22,602 nt of DNA from Acidobacteriota bacterium (GTDB taxonomy: Bacteria > Acidobacteriota > Thermoanaerobaculia > Multivoradales > UBA5704), in assembly GCA_040005235.1 (NCBI GenBank), contig JBDTZG010000076.1:1-22602 (forward strand), given 5' to 3'. The notes beneath the pieces are model-generated. The model was not told the origin of the DNA and did not search any database. It saw only the letters and a list, made by a program, of their open reading frames with translations. Within the stretch, counting starts at the first letter, position 1. Every line of letters begins with the position of its first letter. This document shows positions 1 to 9,106 of this stretch, piece by piece. The position numbers and the translations under genes were made by a program.

Positions 1-1
1 C

Positions 2-1786
2 CGAGGCGGTCCAGGCGACGTTGATCTGCGACGTGCTGATCGTGGTCGCGGAGACGCCGGTCGGGACGGCCGGCGGTACGCACGCACCTCCCGGGGCCGA
101 GGCGGCGTAGACGTCGATCGAGTCGGCCGAGCCTAAGCTCTCGTTCCGGTTGTCGGTGAAGATGCCGAGCACCTGGCTGCCGAGCACGTCGAGGCCGTTG
201 TAGTCGCCCCACTGGAAGCTGTCCTCGATGTGCGGCGAGGTGGAGCTGGTCGCCCGCACCGGGGCGGACCAGGTGTTTCCGCCGTCAGTCGACTTGCTGT
301 AGTAGATGTCGACGCTGGTGCGCGCGGCGTTCTGGCGCGTGTCGTAGAACATCACGTGGACCGTGCCGTCGCTGCCCACGCCGAGCCACTGGTGGAAGCG
401 GTCGACGGTGCTCGCGTCGGCGGTCTCATGGGGCGTGCGCACCGACCAGGTGGCGCCGCCGTCGGAAGAGAACGCGACCCGGATGCGGCCGTGGTTGTTC
501 GCCGCGGTGGTCGATTCGGCCGCCGTGGTGTCGGTCCAGGCGACGTAGATCCGGTTGGCGAACGCGCCGTTGGTGACGTCGGTGTCGGCCGACACGTATT
601 GGAACGCGCGCCGGGTCTCCATCGCCGGGATGTTGAAGTCGTAGCCGTCCATGTTGGTGGCGACCGTCACCGCCGCGGCGAATGTGGCGCCGCCGTCGGT
701 CGACTTGCGCACCAGGGTGGTTTTCCCCGTCACGGTCGGCCAGAAGTAGTAGACGTTGCCGCTCTTGTCCGAGGTGATGTCGCTGCCGATGCCGTCCTGC
801 GCGGTGCCGGAAGACATCGAGACGGGAGCAGAGAACGTGTTGCCGAAGTCGGTCGAACGCGAGAACTTGAGGATGTTGTTGTCGTGCCAGGTGACGTAGA
901 TGTTGTCCTTGCGCGGCGAGGTCGCGAACTTGTCGACGTGGATGAACTCCTTGTCGGAGATCGCGCCGGAGGTCAGCTCGCGCCGTGGATCGCCGGGCGT
1001 AACGTTCTGCAAATCGGTCCAGGTGGCGCCGCCGTCGGCCGAGCGATAGATCCAGACGTCGCAGGCCGAAGCGCCGCAGCCGCCCAAGGTTCCGGTGTAG
1101 GCCTTGGTGCCGTCGGCCGAATAGTCGATCGTCGGATCGCAGCAGGTGCCGCCGAGCGGCAGGGCTGGGGCCTGAGTCCAGGAGGTGCCGCCGTTGGTCG
1201 AGAAGTGCATGAACTGGCCCGAGCCGGGGCCGTTCGAGCCGGCGATCACCTTGTTGGCGTCGAGCGGGTTGATCTTGATCGTCGATTCCGCCCCGCCGGT
1301 GGGCGAGGTGACGCGCACGTCGCCCGCCAGCGCGCGCAGCGGGTCGTCCTCTTCGACGCCGCCCGGCCGGTTGGGCAGGACGACGAAGGCACCGTTCCTG
1401 ATCGTCGCCCGGTTATAAAACTTGCCGTCGATCTGATAACCGGTATGGAGCAGGTAGAAAACCTCCAGCGCGCTACGAGGGTACTGGCCTTCACCGGTGC
1501 GGCGGAGGCCGGGATTGGCGCGGCGCATCTCGACGCGGAAGAACGCGGGAATCGGATCGCGCTGCGCGATCTCGTTCGGTGCGAGCAGGGCGAGATCCTT
1601 CCGGGTGAGGGCGTAGTTACGGTCGTCCCACGGGCCGATCAGCGTGAGTTTCGTGTAATCCACCCCCCGGTCGACCCCTTTGGTGGCGTCGATGTGAAGC
1701 GGCACGGACGGCGCCCTGCCGGTGGCGGCGAGCGCCGGCAAAGCCAATGACAGAACTGCCATCGAAATCAACAGACGTTTCCTCAA
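2..1786 (-). CDS. Secreted BNR/Asp-box beta-propeller (sialidase-like fold) protein with C-terminal fibronectin type III domain; 3' end truncated by the window edge
   Basis: Absent from the ORF track because no stop lies in the window; translated by hand. TTG start at 1786 follows the SD AAGGAG. Signal peptide MRKRLLISMAVLSLALPALA; six Asp-boxes (STNGGTSW, SADGGATW, STDFGNTF, STDGGATF, SSDGGATW, STDGGNTW); WGDYNGL motif; ends in CVPPAVPTGVSATTISTSQINVAWTAS (start of FN3). Confidence 0.88.
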   Translation of the reverse strand, partial: MRKRLLISMAVLSLALPALAATGRAPSVPLHIDATKGVDRGVDYTKLTLIGPWDDRNYALTRKDLALLAPNEIAQRDPIPAFFRVEMRRANPGLRRTGEGQYPRSALEVFYLLHTGYQIDGKFYNRATIRNGAFVVLPNRPGGVEEDDPLRALAGDVRVTSPTGGAESTIKINPLDANKVIAGSNGPGSGQFMHFSTNGGTSWTQAPALPLGGTCCDPTIDYSADGTKAYTGTLGGCGASACDVWIYRSADGGATWTDLQNVTPGDPRRELTSGAISDKEFIHVDKFATSPRKDNIYVTWHDNNILKFSRSTDFGNTFSAPVSMSSGTAQDGIGSDITSDKSGNVYYFWPTVTGKTTLVRKSTDGGATFAAAVTVATNMDGYDFNIPAMETRRAFQYVSADTDVTNGAFANRIYVAWTDTTAAESTTAANNHGRIRVAFSSDGGATWSVRTPHETADASTVDRFHQWLGVGSDGTVHVMFYDTRQNAARTSVDIYYSKSTDGGNTWSAPVRATSSTSPHIEDSFQWGDYNGLDVLGSQVLGIFTDNRNESLGSADSIDVYAASAPGGACVPPAVPTGVSATTISTSQINVAWTAS

Positions 1787-1901
1787 GATGCTCTCCTTGG
1801 ATGGCCTCTAAGAGGCCGAATAGAACGACGACGCGCGAACATACAGTCCCTCAAGGGACCGCAAGCGGCCGTCGAAAATGACCAGCAGGTTCCCGCCCAG
1901 G

Positions 1902-1926
1902 AAAAAGCGCCGACCGAAAGCCGGCG
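1902..1926 (-). terminator. Second hairpin + U-tract (tandem terminator or leader attenuator)
   Basis: Minus strand CGCCGGC-TTTCG-GTCGGCG-CTTTTT: 7-bp stem with one G:U pair, then a T-run. Confidence 0.45.
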
Positions 1927-1983
1927 AAAGATATTTCTACTTTGGACAGTGCCGGCCGATCAGGAAATGGGTCAAGTCTGGGG

Positions 1984-2017
1984 AAAAGAAAAAGGCGGCC
2001 CCCCGAAAGGGGCCGCC
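1984..2017 (-). terminator. Rho-independent terminator of the PA-domain peptidase gene
   Basis: Minus strand GGCGGCCCC-TTTCGG-GGGGCCGCC-TTTTTCTTTT, about 32 nt after the stop at 2050. Confidence 0.85.
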
Positions 2018-2049
2018 CGAGGCGAACTGGTATTGCGGAGTGCCTTGGA

Positions 2050-4422
2050 TCAGGCGTCGGCGCGACGGCGGCGAAGCACGAACGCTCCGAAGCCGGCGAG
2101 CAGAACGAACAGCAACGCGAAGCCGATCCCCGACACGGTCGGAATGTCGACCGCCGTGCCGCCGACCAGGAAGGGGGTCGGATTGGTAGCGCCGGCCGCC
2201 GACGGATCGTCGGTGAGCACCGAGGATTCGTTGGTGCCGTTGCCGTCCGCGTCGAACGCCACGTTGCCTTGGTTGACGATCTGCGAGCCGCGGGTGCCCG
2301 GCTTGATCGTCGCGGTGATGGTGATCGTCACCGTGCTGTTGGCCGGAATCGCGCCGTCCCAGCTCACCGTGTTGGTGCCGACCGTCGCGATCGCGGTGCC
2401 GGAGGTGGCGCTCGCCGAAACCAGCGTGAGGCCCGGCGGCAGAACGTCGGTGAATTCGCTGCCCGGGTTGTTGGCTTGCGCTCCCGGGCCGCCGTTGGAA
2501 ATAACGACCGTGTAGGTGATGGTGCCGCCCTCCTCAAACGTGCCGGAGACGCTCTTGGTCGCGACCAGCCCTGAGGGCGAGATGATGGTGGTGTTTTCCT
2601 CGACCGTGTTGTTGCCGAAGTCCGGATCGAGCAACGGGTTCAGCACGTTGATCGTCGCCGTGTTGGTGACGATCCCCGGGGTGAAGCCCGCCGTCACCGT
2701 GATGGTGATCGCCGGAGCCGGGCCGGTGGGGAAGTTGGGACCGGCAACCGCGTCGCGGCTGCAGGTGACGATGCCGCCCGCCTCGTTGCAGGTCCAGCCG
2801 GTGCCCGTGGCCGAAACGTACGTCGAGCCGGCGGGCAGGGTGTTGGTGACGGTGAGCGGACGATCCGTGCCCGAGCCGCCGTTGGTGGCGGTGACCGTGT
2901 ACGTGTAGTTGGTGCCGGCGAGAACCGGATCGGCGGAATCGACCTGGGCGATCGAACCGTCGAGCTTGAACCAGCCGATGTCCTGGAAGTGCTCGAACGT
3001 CAGGTCGACGTCGTTGACCGGGGGATTCAAGTCGGCGTTGATCGCCGGCTCCATCAGGCTGTTCGGGAAGTGGCTCGCGTCCCAGTGGGAGATCGACGAG
3101 CCGGGCGCCACCGGGTTGAGCGCGGCGAGCAGCGCACGGTTCGAGCTGTCGGCGCCCGCGCGCTGAGCCGGGTCGAGCAGCAGCGTGGCGTTCAAGGTGG
3201 CGATGTTCGCCTTGAGCGTGTTGCCGTCGGCGAGCGAGACGCGACCCGAGGGGATGATGATCGTCGCGTCGGTGCCGCCCAGACTGGCCGGCGGGCAGCC
3301 GGCGACGTTGTCGGCGACGATGACCGCGGTCGCTCCGGCGAGCTGCGCATTCTTCACCTTGATCGTGAAGCCGCAGGTGCCGCGATCGACCAGCGCGATG
3401 TTGCCGAGGACCGCCGCGGCGTTGGTGAACAGCGTGCAGCCGTCGGTGGTGGACGGGCCCGCGCCGTCCGCCGGATCGAGACCGATCACCACATTGCCGG
3501 TGACGCCGCCGGTGGTGAGCGCCGGGCCGAACGCCGCGGAACCGAGCTGGTAGAAGCCGGCGATGCCGGCCGGGGTGTTGACCCTGACGAACGGCGCGCC
3601 CGCTTGAAGCGCGCCGGCCGCGACCGCCGAGGTGACTTGAGGCCCCGTCCAGACGATCTTGCCGCAGCGGATGGCCGAAGCTTGAATCGCGGCGTCGTTG
3701 GTGTTGGTCGGGTTGATCTGCGCCCAGGTCTGGCCGAGCGTGTTGTCACGGGTGAACTGCGAGTAGACGTCAGTCTGGAACGGCGGGCCGGCGTTGGCGC
3801 CGGACGACTCGGTGACGAAGTTCGCGAAACCGAGGCCGTGGCCGAACTCGTGGAGCAGAACGGTGACCAGGTCGGTGTTGGCGCCGTGCATGGCGTCGAA
3901 ACCGTAGTACCAGCCGATGCCGCCCAGGCAGGCCACGTTACCGTTCAGGCTGCTGTTGAAGCGCGCGATGATGTCATCTGCGGTCGTATTGGTCGGTCCG
4001 GGCGCCAGGTCGGTGCCGGAGAGCTTGTTGGCGAGCGAGACGGCGTACCAGGTGGCCGGAAAGTCGGCGCCGGGGAAGTCCGAGAAGATCTGCAGGGCGC
4101 CGGCCGAGCCGAGCACGGCGGAGGTCGCGGTGCAGGTCAGCGGATCGAACGTCGCCTGAATGTAGATCGTCTGGTCGCTGTCGATCAGGCTGCCCCAGAG
4201 GTCCGCGGCGAATTGGAAGGCGTTCAGCCGCTGCTGGCCGACGGTGGTGCCCATGTTGCCGCCGACCGGAGCGGCGACGGTCGCATCGTTGAACCCTTCG
4301 CCCGCGCCGTCGTTGTTGACGATCACGAACGTGGTGGCGCCGGCCGGCGCGAAGCTCGCGGCCATGCCGAGAAAACTGAGAACGAGGAGAGCGGAGAGCG
4401 CGCGGGAGAAAATCGTACGCAT
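2050..4422 (-). CDS. Secreted zinc metallopeptidase with inserted PA domain, two DUF11-type Ig-like repeats and an IPTL-CTERM sorting signal
   Basis: Signal peptide; HEFGHGLGF zinc motif; PA domain (GNIALVDRGTCGFTIKVKNAQLAGATAVIVADN); SHWD...LMEP (third ligand and Met-turn); DSADPV.AG...TYTVTATNGG and GGTITYTVVISNGG repeats; C-terminus DIPTVSGIGFALLFVLLAGFGAFVLRRRR. Confidence 0.9.
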   Translation of the reverse strand: MRTIFSRALSALLVLSFLGMAASFAPAGATTFVIVNNDGAGEGFNDATVAAPVGGNMGTTVGQQRLNAFQFAADLWGSLIDSDQTIYIQATFDPLTCTATSAVLGSAGALQIFSDFPGADFPATWYAVSLANKLSGTDLAPGPTNTTADDIIARFNSSLNGNVACLGGIGWYYGFDAMHGANTDLVTVLLHEFGHGLGFANFVTESSGANAGPPFQTDVYSQFTRDNTLGQTWAQINPTNTNDAAIQASAIRCGKIVWTGPQVTSAVAAGALQAGAPFVRVNTPAGIAGFYQLGSAAFGPALTTGGVTGNVVIGLDPADGAGPSTTDGCTLFTNAAAVLGNIALVDRGTCGFTIKVKNAQLAGATAVIVADNVAGCPPASLGGTDATIIIPSGRVSLADGNTLKANIATLNATLLLDPAQRAGADSSNRALLAALNPVAPGSSISHWDASHFPNSLMEPAINADLNPPVNDVDLTFEHFQDIGWFKLDGSIAQVDSADPVLAGTNYTYTVTATNGGSGTDRPLTVTNTLPAGSTYVSATGTGWTCNEAGGIVTCSRDAVAGPNFPTGPAPAITITVTAGFTPGIVTNTATINVLNPLLDPDFGNNTVEENTTIISPSGLVATKSVSGTFEEGGTITYTVVISNGGPGAQANNPGSEFTDVLPPGLTLVSASATSGTAIATVGTNTVSWDGAIPANSTVTITITATIKPGTRGSQIVNQGNVAFDADGNGTNESSVLTDDPSAAGATNPTPFLVGGTAVDIPTVSGIGFALLFVLLAGFGAFVLRRRRADA

Positions 4423-4426
4423 CGGG

Positions 4427-4918
4427 CTACTCCGTTTCCAGGCCGTTGAGGGTGGGGATTTGACGCGGCGCCGAAAGCAGCGCGTTGACCGTGTCCTCCG
4501 GCGTTTCGGCGCAGGTCATCTGCTGCTTGCCGTTCGGGCCGAGGGTGAGGACCGAGACGTTCATGAAGCGGCCCGCGAGGTCCAAGCTCTTCATGCCGTT
4601 CGCATACGTCTTGCCGACCAGGCCGGCGGTCGATTCGACGACCAGCTTCGAGACCTGGGCGCGGACCGCGGCGAGCTGCTCGGCCGACGGACGGTCGGTG
4701 ATCCGGCCGGTGGCCGGATCGAGGAAAATCCAAAGTCCCGGGGCGACCTCGCCCTGGGCGGAGGCGAGCTCGGGAGCGCTGCTGGAAGCCGGCGTTGCGA
4801 CGGCGTCGGTCTGCGCGGTGGCTGCCGTGGTGGCGAGTGAGGCAAAGCCCACGCACACCAAGGTCACCGCCCAGACGACGAGGCACACCCGCCGTGACAA
4901 GGGGTAAAAGTCTTGCAT
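4427..4918 (-). CDS. Small exported protein (resembles post-PEP-CTERM-1-type domain), coupled to the peptidase
   Basis: SD GGAGG before ATG at 4918; hydrophobic signal; motif IFLDPATGRI...PSAEQ...LDLAGRFMNVSV...GPNGKQQMTC; stop lies 4 nt before the peptidase ATG. Family resemblance is from memory, not a search. Confidence 0.72.
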   Translation of the reverse strand: MQDFYPLSRRVCLVVWAVTLVCVGFASLATTAATAQTDAVATPASSSAPELASAQGEVAPGLWIFLDPATGRITDRPSAEQLAAVRAQVSKLVVESTAGLVGKTYANGMKSLDLAGRFMNVSVLTLGPNGKQQMTCAETPEDTVNALLSAPRQIPTLNGLETE

Positions 4919-5116
4919 CGATCGACCTCCGGAAACGGGGAAGTAGTTAAGCGGAACGCGGCGCCTGGAGATCAGACCGCTGTTCGGTGAAAACGGGTGC
5001 CATCCTTCTATCCTATTGTCGCGGTCGATTCAAGAGCGTTCGTCCCGAAGGGGCTCCCCCATTGAGGCGCGGGGCCTCGCCTCGCGATAGAGTTCCACGG
5101 TACCCTCTCTCCCAGT

Positions 5117-8100
5117 ATGAAACCCCTTCCCGAAATCCTTGAGCTCGCTCGGGAGCACGAAATCGAGCAGCAGGCTTTCGCCGAGTTCTCTGAGCGGATC
5201 CGCTCGTTTCTGTCGAGCTGGGAGATTTCGTCCGACGGAAGGCGTTCTCTGCTGGCCGAGTACCTGGATCGGCGGGTTGCATCCGGCACCGTTGGCGGGG
5301 ACGAGCAGTCGGTGGTCGATGCTCTCACCCGGCAGATTCTCGAAGCTCTCGGCTACCGTGAAGGCGACTACACCTATAACCAGGCTCAGACCGATGGGTC
5401 GGATCGTCCGGATTTCACCGTCCGGGTTGAGGAGCTCCTAGGACCCCTCCCGGTCTTCCTCGTCGAGGACAAGTCGAGCTCGGTGCGCGATTTCGAGCGC
5501 CGACAGCGCAAGGGGTCCGGCGAAGAGTCCCCACTCGAACAGCTCCGCCGTTACGTTCTGGCCGGCGCGGTTCACGCGCGGGTCGGCCTATTGTGCAACG
5601 GGTGGCGCCTCGAAGCGTATGAGTTTGGTTCCGAAGGGGCGATCCGCCTAGTTCAGCTCGATCTTCAGGCCATCGCCCGGGCGGCCGCAACGGGTGCGGA
5701 ACTGGGCCAAAAAGTGGCGCTGCGCGCGCTTTGGAAGCGCTTTTCCCGCTTTGCCTTCAGCCATGCGCACCAGCTGACCGAGCGGTCGCTCGCCACCCCG
5801 CCTCTGGGAACCGAGTGGGTCCGGCGGGTTCAGGAGGCCATCTCCCGCCGTGGCAGCTCACAGGACGTGGAGCGTGAGCTGCTGGATTATTACGAGTGTA
5901 TCTGGCGCGAGCAGGCCATTGACGTGCGAGAGGCCCCGGAGGCCCTGGTCGACGCACTCCGCCACCTGATTGAGCAGTTCGCCGAGGACGTGCTGCACCA
6001 GCTCGACGAGGCGCTCGCCCGTCACGAGGGCTATGAATCCGCCCGCGAAGAGGTCCTCTCGGAGCAGGTCGTCGCGCGGTTACGGAAGGAAGTCGAATTC
6101 CGCCAGACTAGTTTCAACCTTCCGAAGGAGGAATTCGAGCGACTCCTACTTATGCCGCTGGACGAGTGGTGTCGACGCCCGCGCCTGGAGGTGCTCGAAG
6201 AGACAATCGCCGAATGGATCTCAGTTGTAGAGCCTCACGTTCGGACTTCCTCCGAACCGACGCCCGGCCCGCCCCCCCAGCTCTCGCTGGCCGGAACTCC
6301 GGCGAAGGAGAATGACCGCCGGGCACCCACAAACGGCGCGCAGAACGGCAAGCGCAAGACGATGCAGGGCTTGGAAGAGGCGCTGCGGAAGGTGTGCCGT
6401 CGGGCGCTCGAAGAGTATTCCTCCATTCAGCAATTGGAGGACGAGCACCGCGCAACCCTGCGCACGACCGAGGCGTATCGGACCTGGGCGCAGAGAGTTT
6501 CCTCGAGCGCGCTCGTCGGCCTGCCGGAAGCTGAGTTCCGACGCGAGTTTGCGCGCCAGACCGCCTACGTCTACATCATCCGCTTGCTCCTCGTGCGAAT
6601 CTGCGAGGACAAGGGGCTGTTTCGCCGCAAGCTGTCCGACGGCGGCCTCATGCTTTGGCAGGAGCGGGTTCCCCAATACCTCGACTACGCTTCCGGCCGT
6701 TCCTACGAGTATCTGACGCGCATGGCCTACGAGTGCGCCCAAAACGTCTACGTCCATTTCTATGGTGCCTCCGAGTTGTTCGACTGGTACCGGATGGACG
6801 ACAAGATGCTTCTGCGCGCGCTCTTGGTGCTGAACGCCTTCAACCTCTTAAGGATCGACACCGACATCATCGGAGCCGTCTATGGCTGCTATCTGGAGGA
6901 AGGCAAGCACGAACAGGGGCGCTACTACACGCCGAAAGCGCTGGTCACCCGGATGCTCGACCTCGCCGGGTGGCATGGAGAGAAGATCGTCGGCCGGAAG
7001 ATCGCCGACCTCGCCTGCGGTTCGGGCAGTTTCCTAGTTGAGGCTTGCCGCCGGCTGCTCGATGGGTTTAGAAACCGCGATGGCAAGATCCCGAAGGCGA
7101 AGCTGCGCGCGGCGTTGGACGAGGTGCAACGTTCGATTCACGGCATCGAGATCAACCCGTTCGCCTGCTATCTCGCCGAAACCAACCTGCTGATCCAGGT
7201 GCTCGACCTGCTGAAACAGGCGAAGGACTCGGGGCTCACTCTGGTGGTCGATCGCTTCCGGATCTACTGCGAGGATTCACTGATGGTCGAGCAGAGGCTC
7301 GCCGAGGTCGCCGAATCTTCGCTGTTTCTGCTCGGAAGGGATCGGGCGGAAGCCGAGATGATCAAGGCGCGCACGGGCGCCTTCGCCACAGGTTTCGACG
7401 TTTTGGTGGGCAACCCGCCGTACGTTCGCGCGGACGAGGACGCCCCCGCCTGGGCGGCGTATCGACGCCGGGTCGAACGCCAGGACTGGTTCACGACGAG
7501 GTTCCAGAAGTGGGACCTCTACGTACCATTCGTCGAGCAGTACGAGCGGCTGCTGTCCAGTCGCCCCGAGGCGCGCTGTTGCCTGGTGACGATCGAATCG
7601 ATCGCCACCGCGCCGTATGCCGAGAAACTGCGGGAACTGCTGGTGGCGAAGACAACGCTCCACGACGTATTGCTGACCCGCAAGCTCAAGCTGTTCGAGG
7701 ACGCCAAGTGGCAAGACAACGTGATTTTCTCGTTCTCCAGAGGAGCGCCTTCGGCGGAGCATCGGGTGCGGCGCACCGTGGCAGGAAGCCGCAACCGGCA
7801 AGGAGAGATAGTCGTGGAACCGTTCGACGAGGTTGTGCAGATGGAAGCCGATCCCGAGCGGCTATTCCGCACGAGGGAGCAGGTCGACTTGGATGTCGGG
7901 AGCACGGTGCGCTTGGAGGAGATCTGCTACGTCTCAAAGGGTATGGTGCTTCACTCTAGCGAGAAGCTCGAAGAGGGCGAGATCGTGGTCGTGCCATCGA
8001 GCTATGTCCCCGAGGCTTTTGGCGAGCAGCTGGTCGAGGACCTTGGTGAAAAGGGCAAACGGATCAGGCATCGCGTCTTCGGTAGGGATGATCTTGTGTC

Positions 8101-9106
8101 CGAACATCGTGACCAAATTCACAGCCGCCCTTATATGGATTCCCGGGAAGTCCGCCGAGGTGGAATTGGGCAAATCAAATGGGTTGAATACGGTCCTGCA
8201 ACACGATGCCCCTCCAGAGTGAGTCGGCCGACGTTTTCGGAGCTCTACGAACGTCCGAAGGTTCTCTTCGGGACATTCACAGGGGTGGCAGTCGATACCG
8301 GTCCGAGCTTTCTCTATCTGCCCGACGGAGTACGCATGGCAGTCCGTTGGTCACAGTTGGAGGGTGTAGAAAACCGTTCCCTAACGAAAGCGCGTAGGGA
8401 GCTTGAGCAGCGAGCCAGCTTTTCGCCGGGGCTTTCGCGGGACTTTTCGGAGTGGTATCTCTGTGCACTTGCGCTGAGCGAACCGATTCAGAAGTGGCTC
8501 TCCGGCACCAAGCGTTCGATGAAAGAACACGTCTATCCCGACGACATCAAGGCGATTCCGATCAAACGAATCACTCCGGCAGAGCAGGGGCCGTTTATCC
8601 GGCTTGAGCGGGAGCGCCACCGGCTATGGCGCCAGATCGTTGAGCTTGAGGACTCGGGATATCGGATTGGCGCGCGGATCGAGGTTCCTGTGCGCGCTCT
8701 CGTCGAGCGTTTCCGGCGCGAGCGTCCCGAAGTCGAGCATCTGGCGGCGCTCAAGCTGCCGGCTTCCCTCGTAGAGATCGAGGAAGCGGCGCTCGAACGG
8801 GATCTCCACGGGGCCAAGGCATTCGGTGCCGAGATCCGGCTAAGGCGCGAGGTCGTCGCTCGGGTCGGGAAGTCGGTCGAGAACAAGGAAACCGTCGCCA
8901 CGCTTGTCGCCCGCATTTTCGATGACCTGCCGGGTGCGCTGGCGGAGATTCCTCTGGCGCTGCCGCGAGACCAGAAGGGTCTCCTTGCGCTCTCGGCATT
9001 TCTCGAAGAGCAGGAAGACCGGGCAAAGGCGATTTTGGAGCGCAAGGATGAAATCCAGCGCGAGATCGACCAACTCGCATGGCTCCTCTATCGCCCTGCG
9101 ACCTGA
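5117..9106 (+). CDS. Type IIG-like (Eco57I/TaqI-like) fused restriction endonuclease / N6-adenine methyltransferase / target recognition domain
   Basis: N-terminal PD-(D/E)xK nuclease (RPDF...VEDK, GLLCNG); helical RLLLVRICEDKGL; MTase motifs GRYYTP, IADLACGSGSFL, GIEINP, FDVLVGNPPYV; C-terminal TRD-like region. Confidence 0.88.
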   Translation: MKPLPEILELAREHEIEQQAFAEFSERIRSFLSSWEISSDGRRSLLAEYLDRRVASGTVGGDEQSVVDALTRQILEALGYREGDYTYNQAQTDGSDRPDFTVRVEELLGPLPVFLVEDKSSSVRDFERRQRKGSGEESPLEQLRRYVLAGAVHARVGLLCNGWRLEAYEFGSEGAIRLVQLDLQAIARAAATGAELGQKVALRALWKRFSRFAFSHAHQLTERSLATPPLGTEWVRRVQEAISRRGSSQDVERELLDYYECIWREQAIDVREAPEALVDALRHLIEQFAEDVLHQLDEALARHEGYESAREEVLSEQVVARLRKEVEFRQTSFNLPKEEFERLLLMPLDEWCRRPRLEVLEETIAEWISVVEPHVRTSSEPTPGPPPQLSLAGTPAKENDRRAPTNGAQNGKRKTMQGLEEALRKVCRRALEEYSSIQQLEDEHRATLRTTEAYRTWAQRVSSSALVGLPEAEFRREFARQTAYVYIIRLLLVRICEDKGLFRRKLSDGGLMLWQERVPQYLDYASGRSYEYLTRMAYECAQNVYVHFYGASELFDWYRMDDKMLLRALLVLNAFNLLRIDTDIIGAVYGCYLEEGKHEQGRYYTPKALVTRMLDLAGWHGEKIVGRKIADLACGSGSFLVEACRRLLDGFRNRDGKIPKAKLRAALDEVQRSIHGIEINPFACYLAETNLLIQVLDLLKQAKDSGLTLVVDRFRIYCEDSLMVEQRLAEVAESSLFLLGRDRAEAEMIKARTGAFATGFDVLVGNPPYVRADEDAPAWAAYRRRVERQDWFTTRFQKWDLYVPFVEQYERLLSSRPEARCCLVTIESIATAPYAEKLRELLVAKTTLHDVLLTRKLKLFEDAKWQDNVIFSFSRGAPSAEHRVRRTVAGSRNRQGEIVVEPFDEVVQMEADPERLFRTREQVDLDVGSTVRLEEICYVSKGMVLHSSEKLEEGEIVVVPSSYVPEAFGEQLVEDLGEKGKRIRHRVFGRDDLVSEHRDQIHSRPYMDSREVRRGGIGQIKWVEYGPATRCPSRVSRPTFSELYERPKVLFGTFTGVAVDTGPSFLYLPDGVRMAVRWSQLEGVENRSLTKARRELEQRASFSPGLSRDFSEWYLCALALSEPIQKWLSGTKRSMKEHVYPDDIKAIPIKRITPAEQGPFIRLERERHRLWRQIVELEDSGYRIGARIEVPVRALVERFRRERPEVEHLAALKLPASLVEIEEAALERDLHGAKAFGAEIRLRREVVARVGKSVENKETVATLVARIFDDLPGALAEIPLALPRDQKGLLALSAFLEEQEDRAKAILERKDEIQREIDQLAWLLYRPAT

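Noticed and set aside
230-1750. 506-aa plus-strand ORF
   Set aside because: Antisense shadow of the minus-strand BNR/FN3 gene; R/G/V-rich with no motifs.
2989-4449. 486-aa plus-strand ORF
   Set aside because: Antisense shadow of the peptidase gene.
4988-5002. sigma54-like TGGCAC-N5-TTCA on the minus strand
   Set aside because: The -12 GC dinucleotide is missing.
5117-9106. RM gene as BREX PglX or DISARM component
   Set aside because: None of the partner genes (brxC, pglZ, drmA/B) flank it, and it carries its own N-terminal nuclease motif.
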